Positions 28,654 to 39,934 of a DNA stretch of 64,000 nucleotides are shown piece after piece. The DNA is from Candidatus Pacearchaeota archaeon (GTDB lineage Archaea > Nanobdellota > Nanobdellia > Pacearchaeales > UBA284), in assembly GCA_026016245.1 (NCBI GenBank), contig CP061211.1:424879-488878 (forward strand), written 5' to 3'. The notes below the pieces were generated by a model. It made no database searches, was not told the DNA's origin, and was given only the letters and a program-made list of their open reading frames with translations. How positions within the stretch are numbered: position 1 is the first letter of the stretch; every line of letters starts with the position of its first letter. The translations under genes were made by a program, and so were the position numbers.

Positions 28654-29898
28654 ATGAAAACACAAACACAGCTGACAAAACGAACTTTCCTTTTATGGAC
28701 AGGTTTAATCCTAGCTGCCATAGGAAGCTATCTTTTCTATTTCATTATGGCTAGGATGTTAAGTGTAGAAGACTATGGGCTTCTTTATTCACTCATCGCA
28801 CTTACCTATCTTTTTACAATACCTCATGAAACTATTAGGACAGTGATATCAAAATACACAACAGAGTTTTGGGTAAAAAAAGAAAAAGGGAAGATTAAAG
28901 AATTAATGATCAAAGCAATAAAAACCATCTCTCTAATTTCAATCATTACTTTTGTGATATTTTTGCTTTTGCTTCCCTTATGGACAAAAATTTTGCACAC
29001 AAATGTATGGTCCATATCCCTAATTGGATTATCTCTATTAATCACATTCATGCTTCCGATAATTTGGGGGGTTTTACAGGGGACTAATCGTTTTGGACAT
29101 CTTGGATTAAATAATTCTGCTGAGATGGTTGTCAAACTTGCTCTTGGTATAATTTTAGTGTCCATAATAGGCTTAGGAGTTAATGGAGCTATCATAGCGA
29201 TTCCATTGTCTATTGCTGCTGCATTTTTTATTGGTTTTATCCCAATTAGAGATATAATAAAGGCAAAAAAGAAACCATTTAAAGCTGAGAAGCACCTCTT
29301 TAGATATTCTATGTCTGCCTTGATCATCTTTACCTTTTTTGTGGCTCTTTATTCAATTGATATAATCCTAGCAAGATATTTTTTCAGTCCCCTCTATGCT
29401 GGCCTTTATAGTGCAGTTTCTGTTATTAGTAAGGTTCTCTTTTTTGGATCAACAGCTATAACAAGAGTGATGTTTTCTGAGATTATTGAAAAGCATGGAA
29501 AAAAGAAGACAGAGGATAGCAGGAAAAAAAGTAGAAAAGTTTTGTTTAGATCTCTAGGCTTCCTGGCAATCATGTGCGGAATTTTCTTATTTATTGCTTT
29601 CATCTTTCCAGAATTAATTATTAATGTAGTTGTCGGTAATAGATATATTGCTGCAACACCACTTCTAAAGTACATGATGCTAGCAATGGCATTTTTTTCC
29701 TTCTCGTCATTAATTGTATTTTATAATTTATCTATTGATTGGCATAAGAAAATTACAGCAAAAATCCTTGGAAGTGTCGCATTTTTAATGATGGCCTTCC
29801 TTATTTTGTTTCATGCAAATCTGGAACAATTTGTCAAAGTAATTTTAGCCATAAATATAGGGCTTTTCCTAGCTCTTTTAACAACGTTAAAACGTTAA
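28654..29898 (+). CDS. polysaccharide biosynthesis / oligosaccharide flippase (MOP superfamily, Wzx-like)
   Basis: 414-aa polytopic membrane protein adjacent to aglB. Confidence 0.5.
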   Translation: MKTQTQLTKRTFLLWTGLILAAIGSYLFYFIMARMLSVEDYGLLYSLIALTYLFTIPHETIRTVISKYTTEFWVKKEKGKIKELMIKAIKTISLISIITFVIFLLLLPLWTKILHTNVWSISLIGLSLLITFMLPIIWGVLQGTNRFGHLGLNNSAEMVVKLALGIILVSIIGLGVNGAIIAIPLSIAAAFFIGFIPIRDIIKAKKKPFKAEKHLFRYSMSALIIFTFFVALYSIDIILARYFFSPLYAGLYSAVSVISKVLFFGSTAITRVMFSEIIEKHGKKKTEDSRKKSRKVLFRSLGFLAIMCGIFLFIAFIFPELIINVVVGNRYIAATPLLKYMMLAMAFFSFSSLIVFYNLSIDWHKKITAKILGSVAFLMMAFLILFHANLEQFVKVILAINIGLFLALLTTLKR

Positions 29899-29945
29899 AA
29901 AAGCGTCAACAAAAAGTATAAAAGTCTGGTTAATATAATCTCAAA

Positions 29946-32735
29946 ATGGAAGGAGAGGTTAAGGAAGAAATTAAAGAGGAAATCAGAGAAGAAACTAAAG
30001 AAATCAAACAAGAACCACAAAAACAACCAGAACAGCCCAAAATAGAAGAGATTACAGAAACAAAACCAAAAAGAAAACTATTTGCTAATATAAAATTCAA
30101 ACCAGATAAAAAATTCTGGATAATTCTTGCTTTAATCATACTTTTAATTGCTATCATATATCTAGGGGTTTGGATTAGAACTCAAAATATCCCTCAACTA
30201 AAAGATGTAACAACAGGCCAATATACTTTAGGTCCAGACTTAGATCCTTTCCTCTTTCTGAGACATGCTAAAGAAATTTCTGAAAACAGATTAGAAAATC
30301 CTGATATGATGAGGGCAGCACCACTTGGAGTGCAAAATTATGCTAAAACAAGTTTGATGCCATGGGCGATAGTCTTTATTTATAAAATTTTGAATATTTT
30401 TTGGGAACCACCAACAGCAACTGTTGAATTTGCTGCAATTATTGCACCAGTCATTTTTTTTGCTTTAACATTAATTGTTTTTTTCTTTTTTATAAAAAAG
30501 CTATTCTCTTTTATAACAAATAAAAGAAATGCATTAACTATAGCTTTGATTGCAACTGTTTTTTATGCTGTAATTCCACCTATGTTGCATAGAACAACAG
30601 CAGGCATTCCTGAAATTGAAAGTCTTGGCATGCTATGGTTTTGGTGTGCATTTTTATTCTTTACTTGGGCATGGCAATCAAAAAAAATTAAAAAAATAAT
30701 GCCTCTTGCAATTCTTTCTGGTATTTTTACTGGCTTAATGATTTTCACATGGGGGGGCAATAAATACATTTTTATGACATTTGCCTTAGCGTCTTTTCTT
30801 GTTTTTTTCTTTAATAAGCAAAAAAAGAAAAATTTTCTTATTTTCACTTCATGGCTTATTCCAACCTTAATTTTTGCTTTTGCTGAAAATCCTACTTTTG
30901 AAGCTCTTACAGTAATATCTGATACTGGTTTTGCTTCAATAATATTTTCATTATTGCTTGTTGACATGATAGTTTTTAATACAAAATTAAAAAAAATAAG
31001 AGAAAAAATAAAATTACCAGAAAGTGTAATAACCATGATTATATTAATAGTTATTGGATTTATAGGTCTTTTAATAATTAATCCAAATTTAATTTCACAA
31101 ACTGCTTCTAAAGTTGTAGAAGGTTTGCTTTATCCTTTTGGCAGAGGCAGAGTGAGCTTAACAGTTGCAGAGAACAAAGCTCCTTATTTTGTTGAGGTTT
31201 TTGGAAGCTTTAGTTATCTTTTTTGGCTTTTTTTCTTTGGCACTTTACTCTTATTTTATGAAGCAACAAAACATTTTGATAATAAAAATAAAATTCTTCT
31301 AAACAGCTTTTTTATTATTTTTATGATAACTTTTATTTTTAGTAGAATTTCACCTCAAAGCTTGCTTAATGGAGAAAATTTCATATCAAAGTTTTTATAT
31401 TTTGGTGGCCTAATTATTTTTGCTTTTGTCTTGCTTTATATTTATATTAGTGCTTATGTCAGAAAAGAATATAAGATATCAGAAAATTTCAAAAACATCA
31501 ATTTTTCTTATATTCTGGCTCTTGCATTTATATTCTGGATGATTGTATCAATGAGGGGAGCAATAAGACTTTTTTTTATAATAAGTCCGGCCTTGATTAT
31601 TGCATCAGCCTTTTTACCAATTAAGCTAGCTGAATATAGTTTTAAAACAAAAGATAAATTATACAAGATACTTTTGTGGTGTGGTGTTATTTTAGTAGTT
31701 GTATGCTTGATTATAACTTTTATAAATTATACAAAAAGTACAGCTCAAAGTGCAAAATATACTATTCCTGGACCTTATTATCAACAATGGCAAAAGGCAA
31801 TGGAATGGGTTAGAGAAGAAACTCCAAAAAATTCAATTTTTGCTCACTGGTGGGATTATGGTTATTGGGTGCAAACTTTAGGAGAAAGACCCACTGTTTT
31901 AGATGGAGGTCATGCATATCATGGAGGCTTCTGGAATTATTTAATGGGAAGACATGTTTTATGTGGACAAAATGAAAATGAAGCTCTAGAATTTTTATAT
32001 GCACATAATGCTTCATATCTTTTAATTGATTCAACTGAAATAGGTAAATACAGTGCTTATGGCGGTATTGGTTCTGACGAAAGTGGTTATGATAGATTAA
32101 GTTGGATAAATGCTTTTGTCCTTGATCCTACACAAACACAGGAAACAGGAAATGAAACAGCTTATGTTTATGTTGGTGGAACTATGTTTGACCAAGATGT
32201 TGAATGGGAGGGGCAGATTTTCCCAAGAGGAAAGGCAATAATAGTTGGCTTCTTACTAGTCATAGACAAAGAAACTGGAGAGATAAATGAAATTAAAAAC
32301 ATAGTTTATTATAATGAAAAACAATACAGAATTCCAATAAAATATGTCTACATTAATGGGGAATTAAAAGAGCTGGAAAAGAAAGATGAAAAATTAATGA
32401 ATGGGGCTCTTTATCTCATTCCAAGTGTTGGTCAGCAAATTAATAGTATGGGGGCAGCCTTATATTTAAGTGAAAAAGCATTAAATGCACAATGGGTCAA
32501 GCTTTACTTATTTGATGAAAGTGAAAATTTTGAGCTTGTTCATAGCCAAGATAATTTATTTGTTGAACAACTAAAACAGAATAATATCACTATAAGTGAT
32601 ATCATATATGCTGGTGGCATTCTCGGACCAATAAAAATATGGAAAATAAATTATCCTGAAAACTTTACCATTCCAGACAAAAAATTAAAAAGGTATTTAC
32701 AGCCAAAAAGCGATTTGCCTTTTGATTTATGGTAA
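29946..32735 (+). CDS. aglB: oligosaccharyltransferase AglB (STT3 family)
   Basis: WWDYGYW motif (FAHWWDYGYWVQTLGERPTVLDGG) preceded by a large multi-TM domain. Confidence 0.85.
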   Translation: MEGEVKEEIKEEIREETKEIKQEPQKQPEQPKIEEITETKPKRKLFANIKFKPDKKFWIILALIILLIAIIYLGVWIRTQNIPQLKDVTTGQYTLGPDLDPFLFLRHAKEISENRLENPDMMRAAPLGVQNYAKTSLMPWAIVFIYKILNIFWEPPTATVEFAAIIAPVIFFALTLIVFFFFIKKLFSFITNKRNALTIALIATVFYAVIPPMLHRTTAGIPEIESLGMLWFWCAFLFFTWAWQSKKIKKIMPLAILSGIFTGLMIFTWGGNKYIFMTFALASFLVFFFNKQKKKNFLIFTSWLIPTLIFAFAENPTFEALTVISDTGFASIIFSLLLVDMIVFNTKLKKIREKIKLPESVITMIILIVIGFIGLLIINPNLISQTASKVVEGLLYPFGRGRVSLTVAENKAPYFVEVFGSFSYLFWLFFFGTLLLFYEATKHFDNKNKILLNSFFIIFMITFIFSRISPQSLLNGENFISKFLYFGGLIIFAFVLLYIYISAYVRKEYKISENFKNINFSYILALAFIFWMIVSMRGAIRLFFIISPALIIASAFLPIKLAEYSFKTKDKLYKILLWCGVILVVVCLIITFINYTKSTAQSAKYTIPGPYYQQWQKAMEWVREETPKNSIFAHWWDYGYWVQTLGERPTVLDGGHAYHGGFWNYLMGRHVLCGQNENEALEFLYAHNASYLLIDSTEIGKYSAYGGIGSDESGYDRLSWINAFVLDPTQTQETGNETAYVYVGGTMFDQDVEWEGQIFPRGKAIIVGFLLVIDKETGEINEIKNIVYYNEKQYRIPIKYVYINGELKELEKKDEKLMNGALYLIPSVGQQINSMGAALYLSEKALNAQWVKLYLFDESENFELVHSQDNLFVEQLKQNNITISDIIYAGGILGPIKIWKINYPENFTIPDKKLKRYLQPKSDLPFDLW

Positions 32736-32754
32736 AAATATATAAAAATATAAA

Positions 32755-33756
32755 ATGATTAGCCAAGTTTTAATTACTGTTTTGTATCTTATTTTTGCAT
32801 TTGTAGTTACATTGCTATTAATAAAATGGTGGATTTCTATAGCTAAAAAAAATAAATTGCAAGGAAAGGATATGAATAAGTACAAAAAACCACTTGTTGC
32901 AGAAGCAGGAGGAATAGCTGTTGTTCTTGCTATTGTTTTTACATTATTCTTATATATATTTTTCAAAACTTTTGTATTAAAGACAGAAACACACTTTGTT
33001 GAAGTTTTTGCATTAATTGTCACTCTCCTTTTAGCTTGTTTTATTGGTTTTATAGATGATATTCTTGGATGGAAAAAAGGTATAAGGGGGTGGAAAAGAA
33101 TTTTAATGACAATTCCAATTGCAATTCCATTAATGGTTATAAATGCAGGCCATAGCACAATGTCTGTTCCTTTTTTAGGTTCTGTTGATTTTGGCCTTGT
33201 CTATCCACTTGTAATTGTTCTTGTTGGGATTATTGGGGCAACAAATGGTTTTAACTTGCTGGCTGGCTATAATGGACTTGAGGCTGGTCTAGGAATAGTA
33301 ATTTTTGCTACTCTAGGAGCAATTGCTTTTTTTGGAGGAAATGTCTGGCTAGCTTTGATAGCTGGGATAATTATTTTCTCTTTACTAGGTTTTCTAATAT
33401 TTAATCAATATCCAGCAAAAATATTTCCAGGTGATTCTTTAACATATAGTATAGGAGCTCTAATAGCTGTTTTTGCAATACTTGGAAATATGGAAAAAGC
33501 AGCTTTCTTGCTTTTTATCCCATTCATTATTGAAGGCATATTAAAAGCAAGGTCAAAATTTAAAGCTGAAAATTTTGGAAAGCCGAATAAAGATGGCAGT
33601 CTGGAGGTGCCTTATAAAAAAACCTATAGCTTGACGCATGCTTCAATTTTGTTTTTGAAAAAAGTAAAAAAGAAAGCTTATGAAAAAGATGTTGTAAGGC
33701 TACTTTTGATAATTGAATTAATTATAGCAGTTCTGATTATGGCAAGCTATGTATAA
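32755..33756 (+). CDS. UDP-sugar:dolichyl-phosphate sugar-1-phosphate transferase (GT4/MraY-like, AglH-like)
   Basis: Polytopic membrane protein with IGFIDDILGW motif. Confidence 0.75.
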   Translation: MISQVLITVLYLIFAFVVTLLLIKWWISIAKKNKLQGKDMNKYKKPLVAEAGGIAVVLAIVFTLFLYIFFKTFVLKTETHFVEVFALIVTLLLACFIGFIDDILGWKKGIRGWKRILMTIPIAIPLMVINAGHSTMSVPFLGSVDFGLVYPLVIVLVGIIGATNGFNLLAGYNGLEAGLGIVIFATLGAIAFFGGNVWLALIAGIIIFSLLGFLIFNQYPAKIFPGDSLTYSIGALIAVFAILGNMEKAAFLLFIPFIIEGILKARSKFKAENFGKPNKDGSLEVPYKKTYSLTHASILFLKKVKKKAYEKDVVRLLLIIELIIAVLIMASYV

Positions 33757-33909
33757 ATTCATGAAATTTCTAGCTTATTTCTTATTATAATAGCAAGAAT
33801 TACTAATTGAGATTATTCTTACATCATTATGCTTATCTAATTTTGATTTAATAAAAGATTACGAATTTAAAAAGATTAGTTTTATAAATTTATAAAGCAG
33901 CAGTTTAAT

Positions 33910-34905
33910 ATGAAAATTTGGATTGATATAACCAACACACCCCATGTTCTGTTCTTCAAGCCAATTATAGAAATGCTGAGAAAAGAAAGGCATGAAGTAA
34001 TAATAACCGCGAGAAAACATGCACAAACTCTCGGCATGTTAGATTTCTTTCATCTTCCTTATGTCACAATAGGAAAACATGCTGGCAAGTCTTTGATAAA
34101 AAAGGCATTTAACACTATTCCCAGAGTTTCTTTATTAAAAAAGTTTATAAGAAAAGAAAAGCCGGATTTGGGAATATGCCACCAGTCTCCTTATCTTGTC
34201 CAGGCATGCTTTTTATTGGGTATAAAAAGTATTTATATTTTTGACAATGAAACAGCAGCTTTGCAGAATTTGCTTTCCATACCTTTTGCTTCTAAAGTGT
34301 TATGTCTAGGAGCAATAAAGAAAAAAAGGCTTTTTGGAAAAAAGCTTATTAAATATCCTGGAGTAAAAGAAGCTGTTTACTTAACTAGCTGGAAATTTAA
34401 CAAAAACATATTTAGGAAGTTGGGTCTAAACAAAAACAAAAAGATAATTGTTTTGAGACCAGAGCCTTATACTGCGGCCTATTATAAGAAAAATAAAGAT
34501 ATATTATTGAAATTAGTAAAAAGCATGCCAAAAGAATGGCAGGTTGTGTTAATAGCAAGAAGTGAAAAACAAAAAAAAGAATACAAAAAAATAAATCCGA
34601 ACTTGATAATACCCAAAAAAGCAATTGATGGCCCTTCCTTAATTTACTATGCAGACCTCGTTATAGGTGCGGGCGGCACAATGAACAGAGAAGCTGCTGT
34701 TTTAGGCACACCAGTAATAAGTACTTACCAGGAAAAATCGCTTGCAGTTGATGAATGGCTTATAAAAAAGGGTTTAATGATTCATTCTCTAGATCCTTCT
34801 CTTAGCTTGATAAAAAAAGTTATGGGAAGGAAAAAGAAGAGCATGCTAAAAGAAGGCAAGCAAGCTCTAGATCTTATAATTGGAGAGATAGAAAAAACTA
34901 GATGA
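33910..34905 (+). CDS. DUF354 family protein (predicted GT-B fold)
   Basis: MKIWIDITNTPHVLFFKPII N-terminus typical of DUF354. Confidence 0.5.
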   Translation: MKIWIDITNTPHVLFFKPIIEMLRKERHEVIITARKHAQTLGMLDFFHLPYVTIGKHAGKSLIKKAFNTIPRVSLLKKFIRKEKPDLGICHQSPYLVQACFLLGIKSIYIFDNETAALQNLLSIPFASKVLCLGAIKKKRLFGKKLIKYPGVKEAVYLTSWKFNKNIFRKLGLNKNKKIIVLRPEPYTAAYYKKNKDILLKLVKSMPKEWQVVLIARSEKQKKEYKKINPNLIIPKKAIDGPSLIYYADLVIGAGGTMNREAAVLGTPVISTYQEKSLAVDEWLIKKGLMIHSLDPSLSLIKKVMGRKKKSMLKEGKQALDLIIGEIEKTR

Positions 34906-34943
34906 ACCCCCTCGCCCTAGAGGCATGTATCATATCATAAAAA

Positions 34944-35912
34944 ATGTACAAAAAGAAAAAAATTTTATTTGTTTATAGAGATTTTTTCTCTTTTGTAAAA
35001 AGAGATTTTGAAATATTAGATAGCCAATACAATGTAACCTCTCTTCATGCTACAAAAAACTTGCCTCTGTTAATTTTCAAGCTTCTGGCTTTAGTTCCAA
35101 AAAATGATCTTATTTTTGTATGGTTTGCTGATTGGCATGCATTTCTTGCAACTTTATCTGCCAAACTTTTCAGAAAAAAAATAGTTGTTATAGTGGGGGG
35201 TTATGATGCTGCTTGTGTGCCTGAAATTAACTATGGTGCTTTCTGTTCCTGGTGGAAAAGCAAGGTAGTAAAATGGACTCTCAAGAATGTTACTATAGCT
35301 TTAGCTGTTTCAAAACATGTAGAAGAAAATATGTTAAAGTATTCTAAACCAAAAGGGGCAGAGGTCTTATATCATGGATTTGATTATGCAAAAATTAAAC
35401 TGAGACCTCAAAACAAAAAAGAAAATTTAGTAATATCAGTTGGAACTGCAAAGATTAAGAGGCCAGACATTTTTATTAAAGTGGCAAAATATCTTCCTAA
35501 AATTAAATTTCTTCTTGTAGGATCTATTACTAAAGAAATTGAACAATTGCAGAAAATAGCTCCTTTAAATGTAAAATTTACTGGTCTTTTATCTTTTGAT
35601 AAACTGCTTAAAAAATATCAAAAAGCTAAAGTATATGTTCAGACATCAGCCTATGAAGGCTTTGGATGCGCGCTAGCAGAAGCTATGCTTTGTGAATGTG
35701 TTCCGGTTGTAACAAAAAAAGCTGCCTTGCCAGAAGTTATTGGAAATACTGGTTTTTGTGTTCCTTATGGAAATGCGGAAGCAACTGCAGAAGCAATTAA
35801 AAAAGCTTTAATATCGAATAAAGGAAAAGTGGCTAGGGAAAGAATTAAGAAATTTTTTCCTATTTCAAGAAGAAAGAAAAAATTAATTGAAGTTATAGAA
35901 AAACTAAAATGA
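34944..35912 (+). CDS. glycosyltransferase family 4 (GT-B)
   Basis: VYVQTSAYEGFGCALAEAMLCECVPVVT E-x7-E motif. Confidence 0.75.
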   Translation: MYKKKKILFVYRDFFSFVKRDFEILDSQYNVTSLHATKNLPLLIFKLLALVPKNDLIFVWFADWHAFLATLSAKLFRKKIVVIVGGYDAACVPEINYGAFCSWWKSKVVKWTLKNVTIALAVSKHVEENMLKYSKPKGAEVLYHGFDYAKIKLRPQNKKENLVISVGTAKIKRPDIFIKVAKYLPKIKFLLVGSITKEIEQLQKIAPLNVKFTGLLSFDKLLKKYQKAKVYVQTSAYEGFGCALAEAMLCECVPVVTKKAALPEVIGNTGFCVPYGNAEATAEAIKKALISNKGKVARERIKKFFPISRRKKKLIEVIEKLK

Positions 35913-36589
35913 AAAATAAATTGAAAACAGTTATTAAAAAAACACCTTTAATCAATAATGTGGCAAGAATCTTATTAAATTATATAAAAACTATTTCATT
36001 CCCTGGATCTAAAGAATATTGGGAAGAAAGATATGCTAGTGGAGGAACTTCGGGTGCTGGTTCTTATGGAAAACTTGCAAAATTTAAAGCCGACGTCATA
36101 AATTCGTTTGTAAAAAATAATAAGATTAATTCAGTTATAGAGTTTGGTTGTGGAGATGGCAATCAATTATCTTTATTTGATTTTCCTGCTTATATTGGTT
36201 TGGATATTTCAAAAACTTCAATAGAATTATGTATGAAACATTTTAAGAAGGATAGAACGAAAAGTTTCTTTTTGTATGATTCTGAGTATTTCAAAGACAA
36301 CCACCATATCTTCAAAGCAGAGCTCGCTTTATCCTTAGATGTCATTTATCATCTTGTTGAAGAGAATATATTTGAGCTTTATATGAAACATTTATTTTCA
36401 ACTTCTGATAAATTTGTTATTATTTACTCTTCTGATACTAGTAATAAGCAAAAAGTTCACCAAAGGAATAGACAATTTACGAAATGGGTAAAAATTAATT
36501 TTGCCAAATGGAAATTAATAAAAAAAATCAAAAATAAATATCCTAATGAATCAGGTGCTGATTTCTTTATTTACAAGAAGGCAAAGTAA
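35909..36589 (+). CDS. class I SAM-dependent methyltransferase
   Basis: VIEFGCGDGNQ motif I. Confidence 0.65.
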   Translation: MKNKLKTVIKKTPLINNVARILLNYIKTISFPGSKEYWEERYASGGTSGAGSYGKLAKFKADVINSFVKNNKINSVIEFGCGDGNQLSLFDFPAYIGLDISKTSIELCMKHFKKDRTKSFFLYDSEYFKDNHHIFKAELALSLDVIYHLVEENIFELYMKHLFSTSDKFVIIYSSDTSNKQKVHQRNRQFTKWVKINFAKWKLIKKIKNKYPNESGADFFIYKKAK

Positions 36590-36690
36590 AGAAAGGATTT
36601 GGATTTGAAGCAAAAACCAGTTTAAACAAAGGATTATAAAATTATTTCCCTTAGAAGAAAGAAAAAAATTATTGGAATTATTGAAAAAAT

Positions 36691-37584
36691 TTGAAAATGA
36701 AACGAGTTTTTATTATAATAGTTAACTGGAATGGTAAAGATTTGCTAAAAAGATGTTTGAATTCCTTAAGAAAGAATACAGGATATCCTTCGTATAAAGT
36801 TATTATTGTTGATAATGGATCAACAGACGGAAGTCAGGAAATAATTAGAAAGAAATTTCCTTGGGCAGATTTAATCTCTTTAGAAAAAAACTAGGGGTTT
36901 GTTAAAGGAACTAATATTGGAATCAAACGTGCTTTAACAAAATATAATGCTGATTATGTTTTTCTTTTGAATAATGATACTGAAATTATTCAAAAAAACT
37001 GGTTAAGAGATATGGTCAAAATTTTAGATTCTTACCCTAAAGGTGGTATTGCTTGTTGTAAACTGCTTTCTCTAGATAAAAAACAACAAATAAGTGCTGC
37101 ACATTCCATACCAATTGGGAGATCTCCAGAAATTTTAGCAAAAGATGTTGTTGAAATTGATTGGGCCATAGGAACTGCATTTCTAATTAAAAGAAATGTT
37201 ATTAAAAAAATTGGTTTATTTGATGAAAATTTTTCGCCAGCTTATGGAGAAGAATCAGATTACTGCTGGAGAGCAAGAAAATCAGGTTATAAAATTTTAT
37301 ACAATCCTTTCGTATCTATAATACATTATGGGGCAGCAACTGCAAAAAAATTTGATCCAAATTATATTTATTTTATTAAACAAAGAAATCGAATAAGGAA
37401 TATACTGCTAAACTACCCAACATCTTGGTTAATAATAAGACTCTTAGCTGAAATTAAAGTTATATTAAGAGCGCTCTTTGCCATGAAAATTTATTTACTT
37501 ATAAAAGCTTATTGGGCCAACATAAGAAATCTAAAAGAAATTCTGGAAAAAAGAAAAAAAAGAACTGCAAAAATCTTGTATTAA
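36691..37584 (+). CDS. glycosyltransferase family 2, interrupted by an in-frame TAG at 36892-36894
   Basis: IIIVNWNGKDLL...VDNGSTDGS then EKN*GFVKGTNIGI...LLNNDTEII, all in one frame; the stop sits where ENxGF normally has a sense codon. Confidence 0.7.
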
Positions 37585-38210
37585 ATTTTATATTTCGATG
37601 CCTTAATGATAAATTGATAACCAAACAATGGGGGATTAGTTTTGGTAATAATCTTTCCTGCTTTTCCAAAGAATCTTGATAGATTTGTTGTCATATCTAT
37701 TTTTTCGATTACAAAACCCGCTTTTTCAATTAAACTTTTGGCTGTTTTAAAAGTAAAAAATCTTAGATGTGTTTTATCTAAAAGCCCCATTTCTTTGTAT
37801 TCCCACCTACCAAATAAAAGTTTAAGGCGTATTACCCAATTAGCTACATTTGGAATAGAACAGACAATGTAACCAGCATTTTTAAGATATTTTTTAAGTT
37901 TAATAATAACATCCAACGGCTGTCTTAAATGCTCCAAAATGTCACCAAAAATGATAATATCAAAATATTTTTTTGGAAAGGGTAGTTTGGTTAGAATTTC
38001 AATGTCCCCAACAATTACTTTTTTACAGTATTTTCTAGCTAATTTGGCAGCTTGCCTATCTTTTTCTATTCCAACAACTTCACAGTCATTTTGTGTTAGT
38101 CTCTTGTCTATTTGACCAGTAGCACATCCAACATCTAAAACTTTTTTATTCTTACCAACTAATTGAATCATCTTCCTATGGGATAAAGTAAATTGGCTAT
38201 ATTTTCTCAT
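37581..38210 (-). CDS. class I SAM-dependent methyltransferase
   Basis: VLDVGCATGQ motif I, DIIIFGDILEHL. Confidence 0.75.
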   Translation of the reverse strand: MRKYSQFTLSHRKMIQLVGKNKKVLDVGCATGQIDKRLTQNDCEVVGIEKDRQAAKLARKYCKKVIVGDIEILTKLPFPKKYFDIIIFGDILEHLRQPLDVIIKLKKYLKNAGYIVCSIPNVANWVIRLKLLFGRWEYKEMGLLDKTHLRFFTFKTAKSLIEKAGFVIEKIDMTTNLSRFFGKAGKIITKTNPPLFGYQFIIKASKYKI

Positions 38211-38396
38211 TTTAAACTCCTTAATCTTTTAATTAATAAACTTTGGCTTTTAGTTTTAGTACTTGTATCTTCTTTTTTATTTCAATCTGTCAGTCGATTC
38301 TTCTATATTTTTAATAGGTCTGTATCCTTTTTAACAAAATTTTATCCAAGATACTCTTATTATTATAAACAACAATTATTGATATCATCTTTTATA

Positions 38397-39767
38397 TTAT
38401 CTTACAATTAAGGGTTTACCCGACAATATTTTCACTAAGGCTATTAACAAACGTTTTGGAATTTTTAAAGGATTTTTTAAAGTATTCTTTATTACTATTT
38501 TTAGTTTCTCGTTTCTGAAAAGTAAAAATAGCTTATATATTTCATCTCTTGTTAACTTTTCTGATAAAATTATTGCATCATTATGACTTTCGCCAAAATT
38601 CACATTTAAAGAATTCCAATTCATATCTTCACTTACTAAATTCCTTGCTTTTGCATATTCCCAAACAGGTGTTCCAGGAAATGGCGTCAAAACATATATA
38701 GCAAAGCTAGCTAATCGATTTTCTTTGATAAATTTAAGAGTCCGCAGGATATCTTCTTGGCTTTCTTTTGGCGAACCGATAATAAAACTAGCACCAATCT
38801 TTATTCCATACTTTTTAAATATATTAATAGCATTTATGTGATCCTTTATGGTTATATTTCTTCCTTTGAGATATTCTAAAGTAGTAGGCGAACCCGACTC
38901 TAGCCCCATACTAACAGACTTCACGTTCATTTGCTTTAATAACCAACTTACTTCATTATTAACTAAATTTGATCTAACACTGCAAGTAAAATTCACTTTA
39001 CCTAAAATGCCCTCCTTCTTCAGTAGTTCCAATATCTGTTTTAATCTTCTTTTATCGGCTATAAATATGTCATCCCAAAAGGCTATATTTTTTACTTTAT
39101 ATTTACTAATAAGGTATTTTATTTCGTTAACAACATATTCGGCTGAAAAAAATCTAACATTATCCCAAAAGCGAGATGAGGCACAAAAAGTACACCTATA
39201 GGGACATCCTCTTGAAGTAAACATAGAGGTAGACTTTTTAATTGTAAATAGATCTCTCGCTGGCATTGGTATCCTATCTAGAGGTTCTATTGGCTTTCTT
39301 TTTTTCGTTATAATAAGTTCACCATTTCTTCTAAAAACAATTCCGTCAATCTTCTCCAGTTCATCCCCATCAAAACACCCCTTCTCTTCAAAAAGATTGA
39401 AAAGTTCGATGATTGTTTCTTCGCCTTCACCGATAACGCCCACATCCATATCCCTACTTAATGTGGATGGCAATGCAGAAATATGTACGCCACCAATAAT
39501 AACAGGTATGTCATGTTTTTTGGCAATTTTAGCATACTCAATTGCTTTGTTATAGTTCTGGGTTACTGATGTAATACCAATAATATCTGGCTTAAAATTA
39601 TTTATCTCCTGTTTAATATCTCTATCCACAATTTTGAATTTAATGTGATTGAAGCCAAACTCTTTCCTTAGCGAACTTGCTAGGTAGCCCAAACCTAATG
39701 GTGGAATAAAAGCTTCAATCTTTTTCGTTATATCCATTGCATTTATAAACATAATTTTGGGTTTCAT
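38397..39767 (-). CDS. B12-binding domain radical SAM protein
   Basis: TSRGCPYRCTFCAS (CxxxCxxC) with N-terminal B12-binding-like region. Confidence 0.8.
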   Translation of the reverse strand: MKPKIMFINAMDITKKIEAFIPPLGLGYLASSLRKEFGFNHIKFKIVDRDIKQEINNFKPDIIGITSVTQNYNKAIEYAKIAKKHDIPVIIGGVHISALPSTLSRDMDVGVIGEGEETIIELFNLFEEKGCFDGDELEKIDGIVFRRNGELIITKKRKPIEPLDRIPMPARDLFTIKKSTSMFTSRGCPYRCTFCASSRFWDNVRFFSAEYVVNEIKYLISKYKVKNIAFWDDIFIADKRRLKQILELLKKEGILGKVNFTCSVRSNLVNNEVSWLLKQMNVKSVSMGLESGSPTTLEYLKGRNITIKDHINAINIFKKYGIKIGASFIIGSPKESQEDILRTLKFIKENRLASFAIYVLTPFPGTPVWEYAKARNLVSEDMNWNSLNVNFGESHNDAIILSEKLTRDEIYKLFLLFRNEKLKIVIKNTLKNPLKIPKRLLIALVKILSGKPLIVR

Positions 39768-39934
39768 TTTATTGACATTCTCCTAATTTTTAAAGAAAAT
39801 CTTAGATCTGTGAAACCTTCTTGTCCAGCAATGGAACTTATTCTAACTTTAGGTTCTATCATATTAAATATTTCGGGAACTATTTTAACAAAAGCTCTTA
39901 CATTTTCTTTCATTTTTCTTTATTGTTTAATTTT

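Noticed and set aside
36892-36894. In-frame TAG considered as genome-wide stop-codon recoding (e.g. pyrrolysine)
   Set aside because: TAG terminates Rpp29 at 17844-17846 in a conserved context and no Pyl genes are visible; a local mutation or error is more parsimonious. Kept as a finding only for verification.
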